A stretch of DNA of 64,000 nt from Neoechinorhynchus agilis (GCA_051530055.1 CM121341.1:9960784-10024783); one strand, 5' to 3'. Positions 12,300 to 25,614 are shown, counted from the stretch's first letter. Translations and numbers: made by a program. Notes: generated by a model from the letters alone, not told the origin.

Positions 12300-15200
12300 A
12301 AAAGAATTCAATTTTTTTCTTTTGAACCTTAAAAAACAAAGCAAGCTTCCGGACGTGGATTATAAGATCCTTCGCTCAACCGATGCTTGAAGAGCGCAAT
12401 GGAATCTTCGGAGAAGGTTGGTGTCTTCGGGAGCTGATTTCGTATCAAGATTGAAATCATCGTGGAATTCCAAGTATAGAATGATGTCGGCAGATGTGGT
12501 TTCTCTGTTCACGAAAATTCCTATCGATGAAGTAATAGAATTCACAGTTCCAATCCTGTATTCGAATGCTGAATGGAAGTTAACCATAAGCGACTGACGA
12601 AAATCATTGCATTTTTGTACCAGATTCTGCAACTTCCAATTTAATGGCATCGACTACGACCAGATAGGCGGAGACTTGCTGATCTGTACATGCGACACTG
12701 GGAGGGCGAACATTTGTCGTCGATGAGGGACATCAATACCTGGCTTAGATATGTTGACGACACGTTCCTGTTAATTACCCTTCGGAGACTAGTATAGATC
12801 GTCTTAAGTTCGAGTTAAACGGAAAAAACAGGAATATTCAGTGGACGATTTAGGATGAGGATCAAGGAATATTTCCTTTTCTCGATGTAAGAATTGATCG
12901 ATCATACAATGGTCACAACACGACCAGCGTATACCGAAAGAGAGGTATAACAGTGGGCCTTGTGCCATGGACATCAGCCCAACCTCGAAAATACAAGATA
13001 TCGAGGATCGGATCGCTCATCTTCCGCGCTCTCACACACTGCAGCAATGACAAGTTGGTCAACGAGGAGATTGATTTCCTAAAATACCTATCAGGTCGAA
13101 ATGGCTATCCGCTCCAGGTTTTTGAACGGTGTGTTCGGAATGTGTGGTATGCATCCCAAAGTGAGTCGAAGTCGATAAAGGAAAGTGTGTTTATTGAGCT
13201 ACCATTTCCTGATGATCGCTCGTATATATAAACACGTTTTATTGAATAAGAAAAACGATAAATACACTTGCCAGCATCTATCTTTGCTGAAGTTGTCTGG
13301 ATGTCAGATACTGAGGCAGGGAGGTGAGGTTTGTCTTTGGAGTTTACGGGAGAATGACAGATTAGGAGTCTTTCCCTGTTCTCCGGTTATTAAGGAAAGA
13401 TTGGGCTTGAGGGAAGATAGATTTTTGGTAGAGGGTGGTACGAGCCAGGGGGGGGATGAAAAAGGTTGGGTTCCGGGTGTTTACTAGGGACGAATATTTA
13501 GAGATGAGGGAAGAAAATTGTGGAGGGGGTTGAAGAAGGCGGAGGGCGTTTTTGGAGAAAATGGAGTGGAGATGGGCGTCGAGGGGAAGGGAGTGAAGTT
13601 TCGCATATTCTAGCTGCTGTCTTGCGGAAGATCTCGAGAGAATGGAGAGCATTGACGGAGAGGGAGAGGAAACTGGGGAAAGCGTATGTAAGGATAGGAA
13701 GGATGGTAGAAAGATAAAAGTGGGCGAGGTGTTTAGGAGAAACGCCGAGACGCCGGGGGAGCTTGGGGAGGTAAAGACGAAGGTTTGTTTTAGAAAGTTT
13801 AAATGAAAGGTGGGCATCCCATTTAAGGTTTTCTTGCAAAATCAGGCCTAGTATTCGGAGAGAAGAGGAGCGTTGGATGGGGAGAGGCGCGGGGATTAGG
13901 TTGCGTTTGGAAATGTGGGGGACAAGCTCAAAAGATTTGGATAAATTTAGGGAGAGGTTTAGGGTGGAGAGCGAGGAAATTAGATCTTTGAGCTCGTCCA
14001 TGGTTGTGGAGAGGGAGAAAGGGAGATGCGATGGTAATGACTGTGAGGTAATCGGCATAGAGAAAATATTCGGTAGGAGGAGTGAGGGGAAACGCCTTGG
14101 AAATATCCAGTTGCACGAGACGGACGGTTGATTCTGGATTGGAATCAAAGCTGCGCACAAGCGTATCGTAGATGCAGATGAGGGCATATGAACACGAGTA
14201 ATTGGGACGGAAAGCGAATTTTGAAGGGCAGATGTTTTGAGGAAGAAGGGAAGTAGGCGGGTTTTAAGGCACGTTTCTAAGATTTTAGAGAAAGGTGAGA
14301 GGATAGAGATGGGACGAAAGGATGTGGGGGAAATGCGTTTATTATTTTTGGGTAGGGGGACGACACGGGCTTACTTAAGACACGATGAGAAAGAGCCCAA
14401 TAGAAAGCTAAGGTTCGTTATGTGCGTTAGAGGATCGATAAGGTCCGGGATGATGAAACGAATTGCCCAATTTGGGATAGTCGAATTAGGGGAAGAATGG
14501 CGGGGCAGGCGTTTAAGTATCTCTAGGATTTCGCGAGGGGAAACTAAGGAAGGGCATGTAATGGGCGGGTTAGAAAGTGCGAAGGGAGGTTGGGACAAAG
14601 AAGAGGAGGATTGCGGAGGACAGAGATTTTTATTCATGGTGCTGAGGATTGAGAGGAGATCAGATTTGGGGAGAGATGCGAAGGGGGTGTATCTACCAAG
14701 ACAAGTGACATTTTTTATTTCACGTCACCAGTTTCGATTGGGAACGGACCGAGATGAGAGGAATACTTTGCGGGCTATTCGGATGCGTTTGGTCATTGTG
14801 GAGTGGAGGGAGGGGTAAGCGGGATTGCCTGACCGGAAAGCTTTGGTGACCTGTATTTGAAGGGTTTTTAGAAAAGGCGAGAACCGTGAAGGGCCGCGAT
14901 TCGATATTCGTATTCTTTTGCGAGGAAAGGAGGCCTTCATCGCAGATTTTATTAGATTTGACAAAGAGCCCATTGCAATCGAGGGGTCGGTGCCAAAGAT
15001 GGTAGAGCGGTTTTGCGTAATAAGAGAATTGACACATACAGCAAAGGCGTGGGTATGATGATCACGTTTATCCCAGACAACGTAGGGGTCGGAAAAGGAA
15101 CGTTTTTGAGGTGATGAGGGGGAGCGTGAGGGGAAAGTAACGAGTTGGGAAAGGTGAAAGAGAGGGCGGGATCGGCAGTTCTATAAAATCACCCAATATG

Positions 15201-16475
15201 ATAAAGTGATCTGAGGAAGTGGAAAGTAGGTCAGTAAATAGGTGGTCTATTTGTTGAAGTTTGTTGGGGATGTTTGAGGAAGGAGGCCGATAAAGGCCAG
15301 CGATAGAGGTCTCACGCTGGCCATTGCGGAGGGGAAGATGAAGTTGGATGTGAAGCCATTCAAGATCATCGGAGATGAAAAGGTAGGGTGAAGAGCAATG
15401 GTAAGGGAGAGAGGCGCGGATGAAGATCGATATGCCTCCCCCGTTTCGGAAGTCCCTTGTGAGGTCAAAAGCTTGAAAGTTTGGAAGGAAGGCAGATAAT
15501 TTGCTAGGGATGAGACCAAGTTTCCGTAATTACAAGGATGTCGGCGTTGTACGAAGAGGCCACTATATGGAGCTCATCCAGTTTGGGAAGGAGGCTGCGG
15601 ATGTTAGAATAAAAGATTATTGGAGAGAGATGTTTAGAAGGGACATGAGGGGTGGGCACTGACGGAGAGGGTTGAAGCTGCGTAAAGAGAGAAGAAATGG
15701 GAGTTGACCGATGGGGTAGTTTAGGGGTAAGGGATTCGTGGGTGGACACTGTAGTGAGGGGTGATTTGAGTGTAGGGACCGGGACCATAAGGGTGGGAAC
15801 TGCGTATGCGGGTTGGGAGTTGAAGAGGTGGTGGTAAGAGGTGAGGTAGTGTGCGCGTCCAAGGTATTTTTCGCTTCTGAGGGGTGAAGCGAAAATTTCC
15901 AGATTTGGTAGGGTGCGGATTAGTGGTTTTAGGCACATGAGAGATGAGTGGAGGCAGGGATGAGAGGGGTTTAGGAGGAGTTAGTTTACGAGGCTAGGGA
16001 TGGCCGCGATGGAGCGTATAATGAAATGTGGATGCGATTCACAACGAGTTGACGTTTACACCAACTCTACATGAACTGATTCGCCCCAAGAAAGATCAGC
16101 AGACATCCGCCTCGGTTTACAAAATCCCGTGTTCTGGGTGCGAACAGGTTTACGTGGAACAAACCAACAATTTTAAAAGGCGGATGAATGAACGCAAATC
16201 GTCGATTGCTCGTAATACGGATATGAGTTCAGCAGTGGTGGCTCACACAAAAAAACCGGCCACAAAATTGATTTTGATGGTGCTGCCACACTCGTTCGTT
16301 ACAACAAACGATTTGAACGAATTAACGTAGAGGCCAGCGGGTATAATACCTTTTAAGGCAATAAGCCTGACTTCAGATTGAGGATGGGAGTTCCACCGGA
16401 TATAACTTGATAATCCCTGAGTGTGTGTTTTTAGATTTTGAAGAAGATCCAAGATAGGGGATCGAAATATTGACT
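12300..16475 (+). mobile_element. Second Penelope-like element (Penelope/Poseidon type), interrupted by a LINE
   Basis: MMSADVVSLFTKIPIDEV (12481), WLRYVDDTF, FPFLDV...TSVYRK and NGYPLQVFERC lie before the insertion. GIY-YIG SVYKIPCSGCEQVYVEQT follows it (16028-16330). A degenerate hammerhead core TGAAGA-A-GATCC...GGATC-GAA-ATAT sits at ~16440-16475. Confidence 0.85.
13227..16014 (-). mobile_element. CR1/L2-group LINE (APE endonuclease plus RT), degenerate, 5'-truncated
   Basis: IIFYSNIRSLLPKLDEL...ILVITETW (APE); VRLVQLDISKAF, LYADY, LRILGLILQENLKWDAH (RT). The 3' end has AATAAA and a short (TA)n tail. A 6-bp TSD CGTATA lies at 13221-13226 and 16015-16020. Confidence 0.88.
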
Positions 16476-16569
16476 TTAATTAATAATCAATTGTAGTTCT
16501 CCAAAACAACCAACAAACTATGAATAATTTTTTCAAAAAAATTTCACTCGACTAAGATTTTAAAAAGAC

Positions 16570-17244
16570 GGTCAATGAATTTTGCCGCATTACGCAGTGC
16601 GATTAGGTCCCCTTGAGAAGCAAGAGACAGGCAGTTTGGGACAAAATTTTAATCACGCGAGTTCACGACTCAATGCTATCGGACGTGCGTGACGAGGTGA
16701 CCCGAGCTCAATTGTTGGCGGTCTCTTCGAAGGAATCTTGAACCTGGCTGAGCGCTGTTCCGATTCCTTCTCTCGGAAATTTACTCACAGACGAAACAGT
16801 AAGGATCGGAGTGTATTTCCGACTGCGTCTACTGATTTGTGTCCCCCGAAATTAACTCGGTGATTAGTATAGCCCTGAATACGATGCACGCACCGAATCG
16901 GCTCGAACCGAGTCACCTCTGCAGACTCGATGGTCGAAGACCGGACGAGGTAACTGTGTTCCCGTGGCGAGAAGAGAAATCCCTTCTGACGCCCTTGCCC
17001 GTTCAATCTAAGACATTCCTCAAGGCGCGAAGGAGGTGCTGCAATTGCCGCAGAGGAACGTAAGCGCGGGAAGTACGCGGAGCTCTTGAGGGCGCATCAC
17101 TTCGTCCCTTTCGGCGTTGAGACGCTCGGTGCCTTCGGTGCTGAGGCAGGGAACTTCACGGCGAATCTGTCAGGAAAGATGAGGATCGCAACCGGAGACC
17201 CAAGAGCAGGAACGTTCTTCCTACAAAACATAGGTCTCGCGATC
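16570..17244 (+). mobile_element. CRE-like RLE LINE 3' portion, interrupted at 17245; C-terminus resumes at ~26438
   Basis: LCRLDGRRPDEVTVFPWREEK and HFVPFGVETLGAFGAEAG...FLQNIGLAI end at the LTR. The continuation QQGNAAKVRGT is found at ~26438-26540. Confidence 0.82.
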
Positions 17245-20200
17245 TGTAGTGATGTAGTAATACAATGATTGACGGTTTCGTCACATGATAATTATTTGGC
17301 ACTTGGTGCCGTGTTATAGTGTGAGCGTGTGTTCGTGGTTGAATATAGATATGCGCTCAAATAACACAGATCAGAGTACGACATTTGGCGACGAGCGTGG
17401 GATCTCGACGATGCAGTCCCTCATAGATAAGCAACATGAGTTGTTGAAATTGATGATTAAACAAACGGGACAAACAAAGCTGGGCGAGAATAGAATCGAG
17501 CAAAAGCATAGAGATATACAAGTGTTTCGGTATTTCGATCCTGATAGCGAAACGTGGGATGATTATGAGGCGCAATTATCAAAACATTTGGAATTGTGCG
17601 GGGTTGAAACCCAAGACGTAATGCAGGCTTGCTTGTTGGCGTGAACCAGTCCACGGATTTACGCAAAGGTTCGGAAAAGTTTGGGCACGAGAAACCCCAG
17701 TGATTGCTCTTTCGAAGAGTTAAAAGATATCATATCGAAGTTATACACCCAGCAAATACACGAGGTAGCTGCACGATATCGTTTTAGTAAGATCAAATGA
17801 AACCAGGACAAAGTTATAAGGATTGGATATCAGAGCTATGGGACAAATCGGAAGTAAATGCGGATTCTTGATACAGTAATATTAAACAGCCCACATGAGG
17901 AAATACGAAGATCTGGCTTGCGTTCACCTTACACAGATCAGAGTACGACACTTGGCAACGAGGGTGGGATCTCGATGATGCAGCCCCTCATAGAGAAGCA
18001 ACATGAGTTGTTGAAATTGATGATTAAACAAACGGGACAAACAAAGCTGGGCGAGAATAGAATCGAGCAAAAGCATAGAGATATACAAGTGTTTCGGTAT
18101 TTCGATCCTGATAGCGAAACGTGGGATGATTATGAGGCGCAATTATCAAAGCATTTAGAATTGTGCGGGGTTGAAACCCAAGACGTAATGCAGGCTTGCT
18201 TGTTGGCGGTGAAGGCAAGTATGGAGTTCTATACAGGAGCTGCGGAGTCAATAATCACATGCTCTTTATGGTTCCGAATCGGAAAACCAAAATTAAGACC
18301 AACAAATACGCTAAGAGCCTTTGCAGGAGTGGAAATCAAGAATCTGGGAAGATGTGAAATGAATGTAAAGTTGGGCAGGAAGTTGAAAAAAGTCCAAGTA
18401 GTGGTAGTGCCAGAGTCAGGCAGATGTCTGTTTGGGCTACCATGGGTTTTGGAATTTTTGAAGATTCCAGCGGACCTCGTAGGGGTGCACAATGTCGATT
18501 TGGAAAGAGGGGATAGAGGCGAAGCATTATTTTCGAAATTAAAGAAATCGTTCCCGTCAGTGTTTAACAATGAACCGGAGCCTATGAAAGATTTCCGAGC
18601 AAGATTAGTTGTGAAAGAAGACTCCAAACAACACATTTGTGGTGCGAGAAGGAATCCATTCGCGCTGCAAGATCCGTTAGAACAAGAACTGGATCGTTTA
18701 ATAAAGTTGAAAATTTTGTCACATGTCGATGTGAATCAAGACGAAATAGAATGGGCCACGCCAATTGTAGTAGTTAGGAAGACCGGAAGGAAGATACGAA
18801 TTTGTGGAAATTTCAGTTAATAGTTGAATCACACTGCATGCCCACATTCGAAGAACTAACGCGGAAACTGGCGATTGACAATCTACAGATTCCTGTGGAT
18901 GATCAAACGAGTAGATTACTAACGATTGCTACACCATATGGTTTCTTTAAGTACAATATCCTTGTCAAGACTAAGAAACGGATCAATCAGAGATACACAA
19001 ATAGCGCGGATTAAGCGGTACCTGATTCCAGGATGGCCTAATGGGCCGAGAAATGAAGATATGGATTTTAAAAACCGCAAGGGAGAGCTATAAACGGAGA
19101 ACGCTGTGTTATTATGGCTCGATCGTATGGTGATTTCATCTTCACTTAGAAACGAGGTTTTGCAAAAATTACATGAAGGGCATCCAGGAGAAAAAGGAAT
19201 GGGTTGGATAGAGAAATCCAAGAACATGTGGGCTGCTGCGCAGAAGAGACAACAGTCGAATGCTCGGGAGCAACCATTATTTCCATAAGATATCCCCGCT
19301 GGACCATGGAAAAGAATTCATTTAGACTTCGCCGGTCCTATCAATTGAATGTTTTTCCTTGTAGCAGTGGATGCATTTTCTAAGTAGCCAGAGGTGTAAT
19401 TGAAACCAAGTTCAACAACACAGACGACCATCACGTGCTTGAGAGAAGCATTTGCAAGATTTTGAATCCCGGAACGAATCGTGTCCGATAACGGAGCTCA
19501 ATTCGTCTCGAAGGAATTCCGAACATTTTGTGACGAAAACGGAATTACACATTGTAGGAGTTCCATATATCACCCAAAGACAAATGGTCTAGCAGAGAGA
19601 TTTGTGGGTACCCTGAAAAGACGAGCGAGGCCAGAACATCTTAGCCTGCACAACTTTCTAATGTGTTACAGGAATACACCGCATACCATAACTCAGAAGT
19701 GCCCTGCTGAAATGATGTTTGGGAGACGCATAGCGTCTTTAATGGACAATTTAAAACCGACTGCTTTCAAGACATCTAACAGCAAGCAATCGTTTCAGAA
19801 GCAGGCTCATGATGAAAATTGTGCAACACTAAAAGACTAGATATCGTGCAGCTACCTCGTGTATTTGTTGGGTGTATAACTTCGATATGATAGCTTTCAA
19901 CTCTTCGAAAGAGCAATCACTGGGGTTTCTCGTGCCCAAACTTTTCCGAACCTTTGCGTAAATCCGTGGACTGGTCCACGCCAACAAGCAAGCCTGCATT
20001 ACGTCTTGGGTTTCAATCCTGCACAATTCCAAATGTTTTGATAATTGCACCGGTCCACTGTCTTATGTGGCACAGACGAATGGAGGTTAGAAGAGAATTC
20101 ATGCCGATCACATAAGAAAAAGAGTCAGGAAAAAGACGATCAAGAGGATTCGAAAACAAACAATAAGGGAGAGATAGCTGGAGATTTGAGCAATGGCGAT

Positions 20201-20690
20201 AACCAGGATGGAAAACATCAAGAGTTTAAAAGAGATAGAGAACAGATAAGAGAAAGAAGTTTGGGGTGGGATCAACGGGAAATAAGATACACCACAGGAA
20301 ACAGAACAAAGACAGGGCGGGGATCGTGTTGAAGAAGAAAGAAGGATGAGCGAGGAGAGCTTCAGACCAGCAGATCATCGAGAAAACATAAACGAGGATG
20401 AATTGGAAGCACGACAAGTGAATGATGGGCGTTGACTCAGACGGAGTACACGAACAAGAAGAAAGCCGCTACTGCCATATGATTAGTACCGAAATCTTCG
20501 AGCGGGAGAAATGTAGTGATGTAGTAATATAACGATTGACGGTGTCGCCAATGATAATTATTTGGCGACGGTGTCGTCACATGGTAATTATTTGGCACTT
20601 GGTGCCGTGTGAGTGTGTTCGTGGTTGGATATAGATATGCGCTCACCTAAACTCTGAAATGAACACGAAAACGTATCTCACGAACACGGA
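17245..20690 (+). mobile_element. Rearranged Ty3/Gypsy element (short LTRs, duplicated gag, RT remnant, integrase)
   Basis: 5' LTR 17245-17383 plus PBS TGGCGACGAG; gag FRYFDPDSETWDDYEAQL present twice; EWATPIVVVRK; integrase HEGHPG, VSDNGAQF and YHPKTNGLAERFV; inverted gag piece 19838-20050; purine tract followed by the 3' LTR from 20512. Confidence 0.85.
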
Positions 20691-20699
20691 GTTTGAGAT

Positions 20700-20957
20700 A
20701 GACACTGTCTTAACCATTCACAAAGCCTGTGAAGACTTATAGGAGGCTCGCATTGAGGGTAAGGCAGTGGCAGACTTTGTAGCTTATAGAACCATGTTAG
20801 TCGTTTTCCCGGTAGCTTTAGTAGATCGCCTACGACTATTATTGGACGAGGGCCTGCCTGGGAGAATCAGTCACCTTAAGTGCGTCATTGGCATGGCTCG
20901 GTCCTACAGGGATTCAGGTATGAAAGGGGTGTTAATGGAGGGACTAGAAATAGGAGG
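20700..20957 (+). pseudogene. Left part of a segmented negative-strand RNA virus L-protein EVE
   Basis: The reading frame ...FVAYRTMLVVFPVALVDRLRLLLDEGLPGRISHLKCVIGMARSYRDSGMKGVLMEGLEIGG ends at the GGAGG TSD. It becomes contiguous with 24890 onward when the Gypsy insertion is removed. Confidence 0.6.
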
Positions 20958-23900
20958 TGTGATTGTGAATGTGACGACGACAGTGCGCATTTCACATATA
21001 CTGATCGTGTGTATGGACATGTACGTGCACCCGTCCATTTGCTAGATTGTTAGTTCGCGGTTTTTTGTTGAATAAACGCCTAAATGCAGAACATTTTGTT
21101 CAACAAAAAAGGGTCACCAAAAGACAATCACGAAAGCATATGGATCGAAATGTGCTCTACTCTCGATACAACCGTTCATAGAGTGAATGATGCTTTGCTG
21201 AAACCAGATAAGCTAACCATGATACCAAGTGACTGCCACTCAGCCGAAATCTTTGAGCACTGGCTCGCAACATTCGAAAATTACATACAGGATTTCGAGC
21301 TAGACGATAAAGGGAAATTGGTCCGCCTTATCAATTGTGTAGGTCCGAAGGTCTATGCTCAAATCAAAACATGTAGAACTTATGAAGATGCTAAAGGAGT
21401 TTTAAAAAAGTCATATTGCAAAGCAACTAATGTGATTGCGGCGCGGTACCGCTTGATGACCCGTCGACAAACGAATACCGAGTCGGTGACGGATTATGTA
21501 ACCGAATTAAGGCTGTTGGCGGATCAATGTCAATTCAAAGACGTTAAAGCTGACGTAGCTAAAGAAGAAGCAATAAGAGAATAACTTATCGCGGGAGTGT
21601 ACTCAGACAAGCTAAGACTGAAGCTGCTTGAAAAATCGGACATTGTCCTAGATGAAGCGATTCAACAAGCTACTGTTATTGAGCAGGCTGAGAACGATTG
21701 CTCTAACTACAACCAATCACAATGTAGCTACATAAAAAAGATCAACCATCGCTTGACGAATACCTAACACAGAGTCTGATTGTCGCGTTGCCATTACTCC
21801 TACTCCTGATTGTCGAGCTGCCAACACTCCTATCCCTCGAACGATAGTAAGCGAAAGCTCCGTTGCCATAAATCTACCAGCAAAAATGCTATTTTTGCGG
21901 AGAAAGGCGTCATCATAGATCAATATGTCCGGCGAAGGATGCGAAGTGCAACATCTGCAAGAAAATAGGCCACTATGCGAAAGTTTGCCAGTCTGCGTCT
22001 AGAGTGGCCGCGATCTCATTACTGGCAATCCAAAATATACGCAAAAGTCAAGGTTCTGATTTCATCTTCTTGAACGATAAATCGAAACTATCAGTTTTGT
22101 TCGACACGGGCAGTTCTCAAAACTTCATTGACGATAAAATAGCGAAGAGACTAGGACTCAAGGTTATACCAAGCAAAGTGCCGGTGCGAATGGCCTCTGG
22201 TGATGCCCGAAGAAATACTACCGTAATGACTGAAGCAAGTCTAAAATACCGAGGAGTAGTAGTTCACGGCAATGTCAAGCTATATGTCCTAGGGGATTTA
22301 TGCACGGATGTAATTCTGGGGAGAAGCTTCATGGATCGTTTCGAAGAAGTAAAGTTTATTTTCAGTGGAAACGGATCTCTTCGGGGCATGGCGATGAATG
22401 GAGAGTTGACTCCGTGTCGTTTCGCCAATCTGAGTGAGAATTGTCGACCGATTGCCGTGAAATCAAGGAATTATTCCCACGCTGACAAGAGCTACATTAA
22501 AGAAGAAGTTCGGCGATTGCTCTCTGAGGGAATAATAGTTCCTAGTCAGTCGCCTTGGCCGGCTCAAATGCTGGTTGTCCGGAATAAAGCCGGAAAGCCT
22601 CGAATGGTAATCGATTACGCGTCCACCATCAACAGATACACTGAGCTTGATGCTTACCCCTTCCCAAAATTGAGGATCTGGCTAGAGAAGTAGCCCAATA
22701 CATGTATTACACCGCTATTGATCTTCGACATGCCTACCACCAAATACCCATAAACAGATTAGATGGGGTTTATACCGCTTTTGAAGCAGATGGGGGCCTT
22801 TACGAATTCACCCGGATCCCATTTGGAGTTATAAACGGGGTAGCCGTGTTTCAAGGAGTGATGGACTCGATCATAGCAAATAATTCGCTGAACATCACGT
22901 ACGCCTATCTGGACAACATTACTATTTGCGGATCAACAATCGAAGAACATGATATTAATTTAGAGAAGTTCGAAACAATCGCGAGGGATCTAGGGTTGAA
23001 ATTTAATGAGGGCAAATGCGTTTTCAGAACGAACCAAATAGCAATGCTTGGTTACCTCATTTTACATCGAAGTATAAAACTTGACCCTGCGAGAATAGAG
23101 AGTTTGATGGCGCTGAAGCCTCCAATGGACACTGCCGCTTTAAAACATTGCATGGGAATATTCTCATATGATTCAAATTGGATACCAGATTTTTTGACAA
23201 AAATTCATCCGATAATCAGGAGTGACAAATTCGCCTTGGCGCAGGAAGCAAAGGAGGTGTTCGAGTCTATCAAGCAGGAAATCGGAAAATCGGCTCTAAG
23301 CTCTCTTAACCCTTCAGGTCTATTAGTGTTGGAGACAGATGCATCGGAGGTAGCCATAGCTGCAACACTCAGTCAGGAGGGCAAACCTGTGGCGTTCTTC
23401 TCCCGAACCTTTTCACCCTCGGAATGGAAGCACCTTGCAATTGGAAAGGAAGCACAGGCGATCGTGGAGAGCGTACGAAAATGGTGACACTGCCTGCTTG
23501 GCAGAACGTTTGTGATTGTAACCGATCAACAGTCCGTATCATTTATGTTCAGCAAACACCACAACAGCAAAATCACGAACGACAAGATTCAGCGATGGAG
23601 GATCGAACTGTCGTGCTTCAAGTTTGAAATCAAATATCGGCGTGGTCGGCTGAATGTGAGTGCAGATGCCTTCTCCCGATTGGAATGTAACGCGACCAAT
23701 TCCATTGACCTGAAGACAATACACGAAGACTTGGCTCATCCCGGCATGCAACGACTGGCTCACTTTGTGAAAACCAAAAACTTGCCGTACTCCATAAATG
23801 ACGTACAACGGGTTTGTGAACGATGCCGATATGTGCCGAGTTTAAACCATGATTCTACAGACCTCCGGATTTGCACGTGATCAAAGCTACTAGGCCTTTT

Positions 23901-24889
23901 GAAAGGATAGTAGTCGATTTTAAAGGTCCTTTACCAAGCTCCTCGATCAACAAGTACATATTTCTCGTGGTGGACAAATATTCACGCTTCCCTCTTGTTT
24001 TCGCGTGTAAGGACACTTCTAGTCGGACGGTTAGATCGTGCTTGGTTGGGCTTCCCGAATACCTCATCAGTGATAATGGAAGCTATTTTCGATCGGAGAA
24101 CAGATTTTTTCCTGTCTAACTTGGGAGTTCCGACTAGTCACTCCAGTTCGTATAATCCGCGGAGCAACGGAAAATGCGAGCGATATGTCGGGATACTGTA
24201 GTAAAACATTCGAATGCTTCTCAAGTCGAAATTGCTGCCTATATCCGCATGGGAAACTGTGTTGCCCATTGCTCCCCATGCGATCAGGTTACTCCTCTGC
24301 ACATCGACGAACTCCACTCCTCACGAACGTTTGTTCGCCTTCCCTCGGCAATCAATATGCTCTAATTCACTGCCACCTTGGCTCTGCAATCCTAGTCCAG
24401 TGTGGCATAGAAAGGCGACCACCAATAGATGAAAAAAGTGGATTTATTAAGTTCTAATCCAGGATACTCAACCATACAGTTTGATGATGAGCGCAGAAGC
24501 GTGGTATCGACCAGGGAGCTTGCCCAATACCCTAGCGATGAATACAATCCTCTTCAAGAGTACCGATCATTGGAGGAGCACGACGATAGCGAGATACATA
24601 CAAACGATTCAGAAGAAGCCGCCACATCTGAGCAAAACGAAATCGAAAATTTCGACGATGCACAGCAACAAATGTAGATCCTCCCAACCGTTCGAAAGTT
24701 CACTCGAATTCGAAACCCTCCGCCTTACCTTAAAAATTATGAATGGGGGAGAATGTGATGGTGAATGTGACGACGACAGTGCGCATTTCACATATACTGA
24801 TCGTGTGTATGGACATGTACGTGCACCCGTCCATTTGCTAGATTGTTAGTTCGCGGTTTTTTGTTGAATAAACGCCTAAATACAGAACA
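20958..24889 (+). mobile_element. Structurally complete Ty3/Gypsy LTR retrotransposon, 136-bp LTRs, 5-bp TSD GGAGG, coding region disrupted
   Basis: LTRs 20958-21093 and 24754-24889 differ at 2 positions by eye. TSD at 20953-20957 and 24890-24894; PPT GGGGGAGAA before the 3' LTR. Gag, protease (LFDTGS), RT (IDLRHAYHQI, YAYLDN), RNase H (LETDASEVAI) and integrase (VVDFKGP, ISDNG) are in Gypsy order. Confidence 0.95.
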
Positions 24890-25612
24890 GGAGGGTACAG
24901 GAAATGCACACCAGTAGAAGACCTGTTCACTGAGGGGAACCCATGTTCATTGACCTGACATCAGACGCAACCCTTGTGTCAACAAAGATGAAAGTCTTGG
25001 CCAGTAGGGTAGTGGAAAGGGCTAACTCATCAGTCAAGGTTATACCAAGGACAAAAGTTCCCAGAGGGAGGGTAAGAGCTTTCACGGAGGCAGCAGCTTA
25101 CAAGGTCATCAGCCCAGAACTGAGGAACTCATTTTCCATTGTATTCAGAGATGCCAGGAAGGACTTACCCAAAATGGCTGAGCACACTATAGATAGAATA
25201 ATGGAGCAGTCGACTGGAGAAGCGGGTAGCATCGGCCCAGTGAAACTGGTGGACGCCACCAAGGTGGAACACATGACCAAATACAATAATTGTCAATCTA
25301 TGAAGTATTTTGAGGACCTATCTCCTGGAGTATCTGGACAGAGGGTATAGCCTCAAATTCAAGTCTATGACCAGTCTTGGGGGCAACTTTAAGGGATGAG
25401 CTATGCACTGAGTACAAAGGTCCAGTGTCAAAATTCATAGTGCAATTGGACCAGATACAGGCTACCTTGGGGAAGGCTGGTACTCTTACGACGACGGTAT
25501 TTTCTTCGCCACTGTGGTCCTGGCCTTTACCAGAAGATACGTAGAAGATCCTTCAAAGTCAGAAGCTTATGTGAGAACGATATCTGACGATATTTTTGAA
25601 ATCTACTTCAAC
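24890..25612 (+). pseudogene. Right part of a segmented negative-strand RNA virus (bunya-like) L-protein EVE containing RdRp core motifs
   Basis: Premotif-A-like VKVIPRTKVPRGRVRAF; motif A DATK (25252-25263; DATKWN if one base is removed); motif B WGQL*GMSYALST (25378-25416; TAA is one change from CAA, giving QG); motif C candidates WYSYDDGIFF (25478-25507; one change from SSDD) or TISDDIF (25583-25591). Confidence 0.75.
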
Positions 25613-25614
25613 CG

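Noticed and set aside
13185-14818. Several + strand Gly/Arg/Glu-rich ORFs
   Set aside because: Antisense to the pyrimidine-rich CR1/L2 ORF2; a compositional artefact.
25583-25591. SDD as RdRp motif C of the bunya-like EVE
   Set aside because: Not excluded, but the spacing from motif B (~67 aa) fits less well than YSYDD at 25481-25495; kept only as an alternative.
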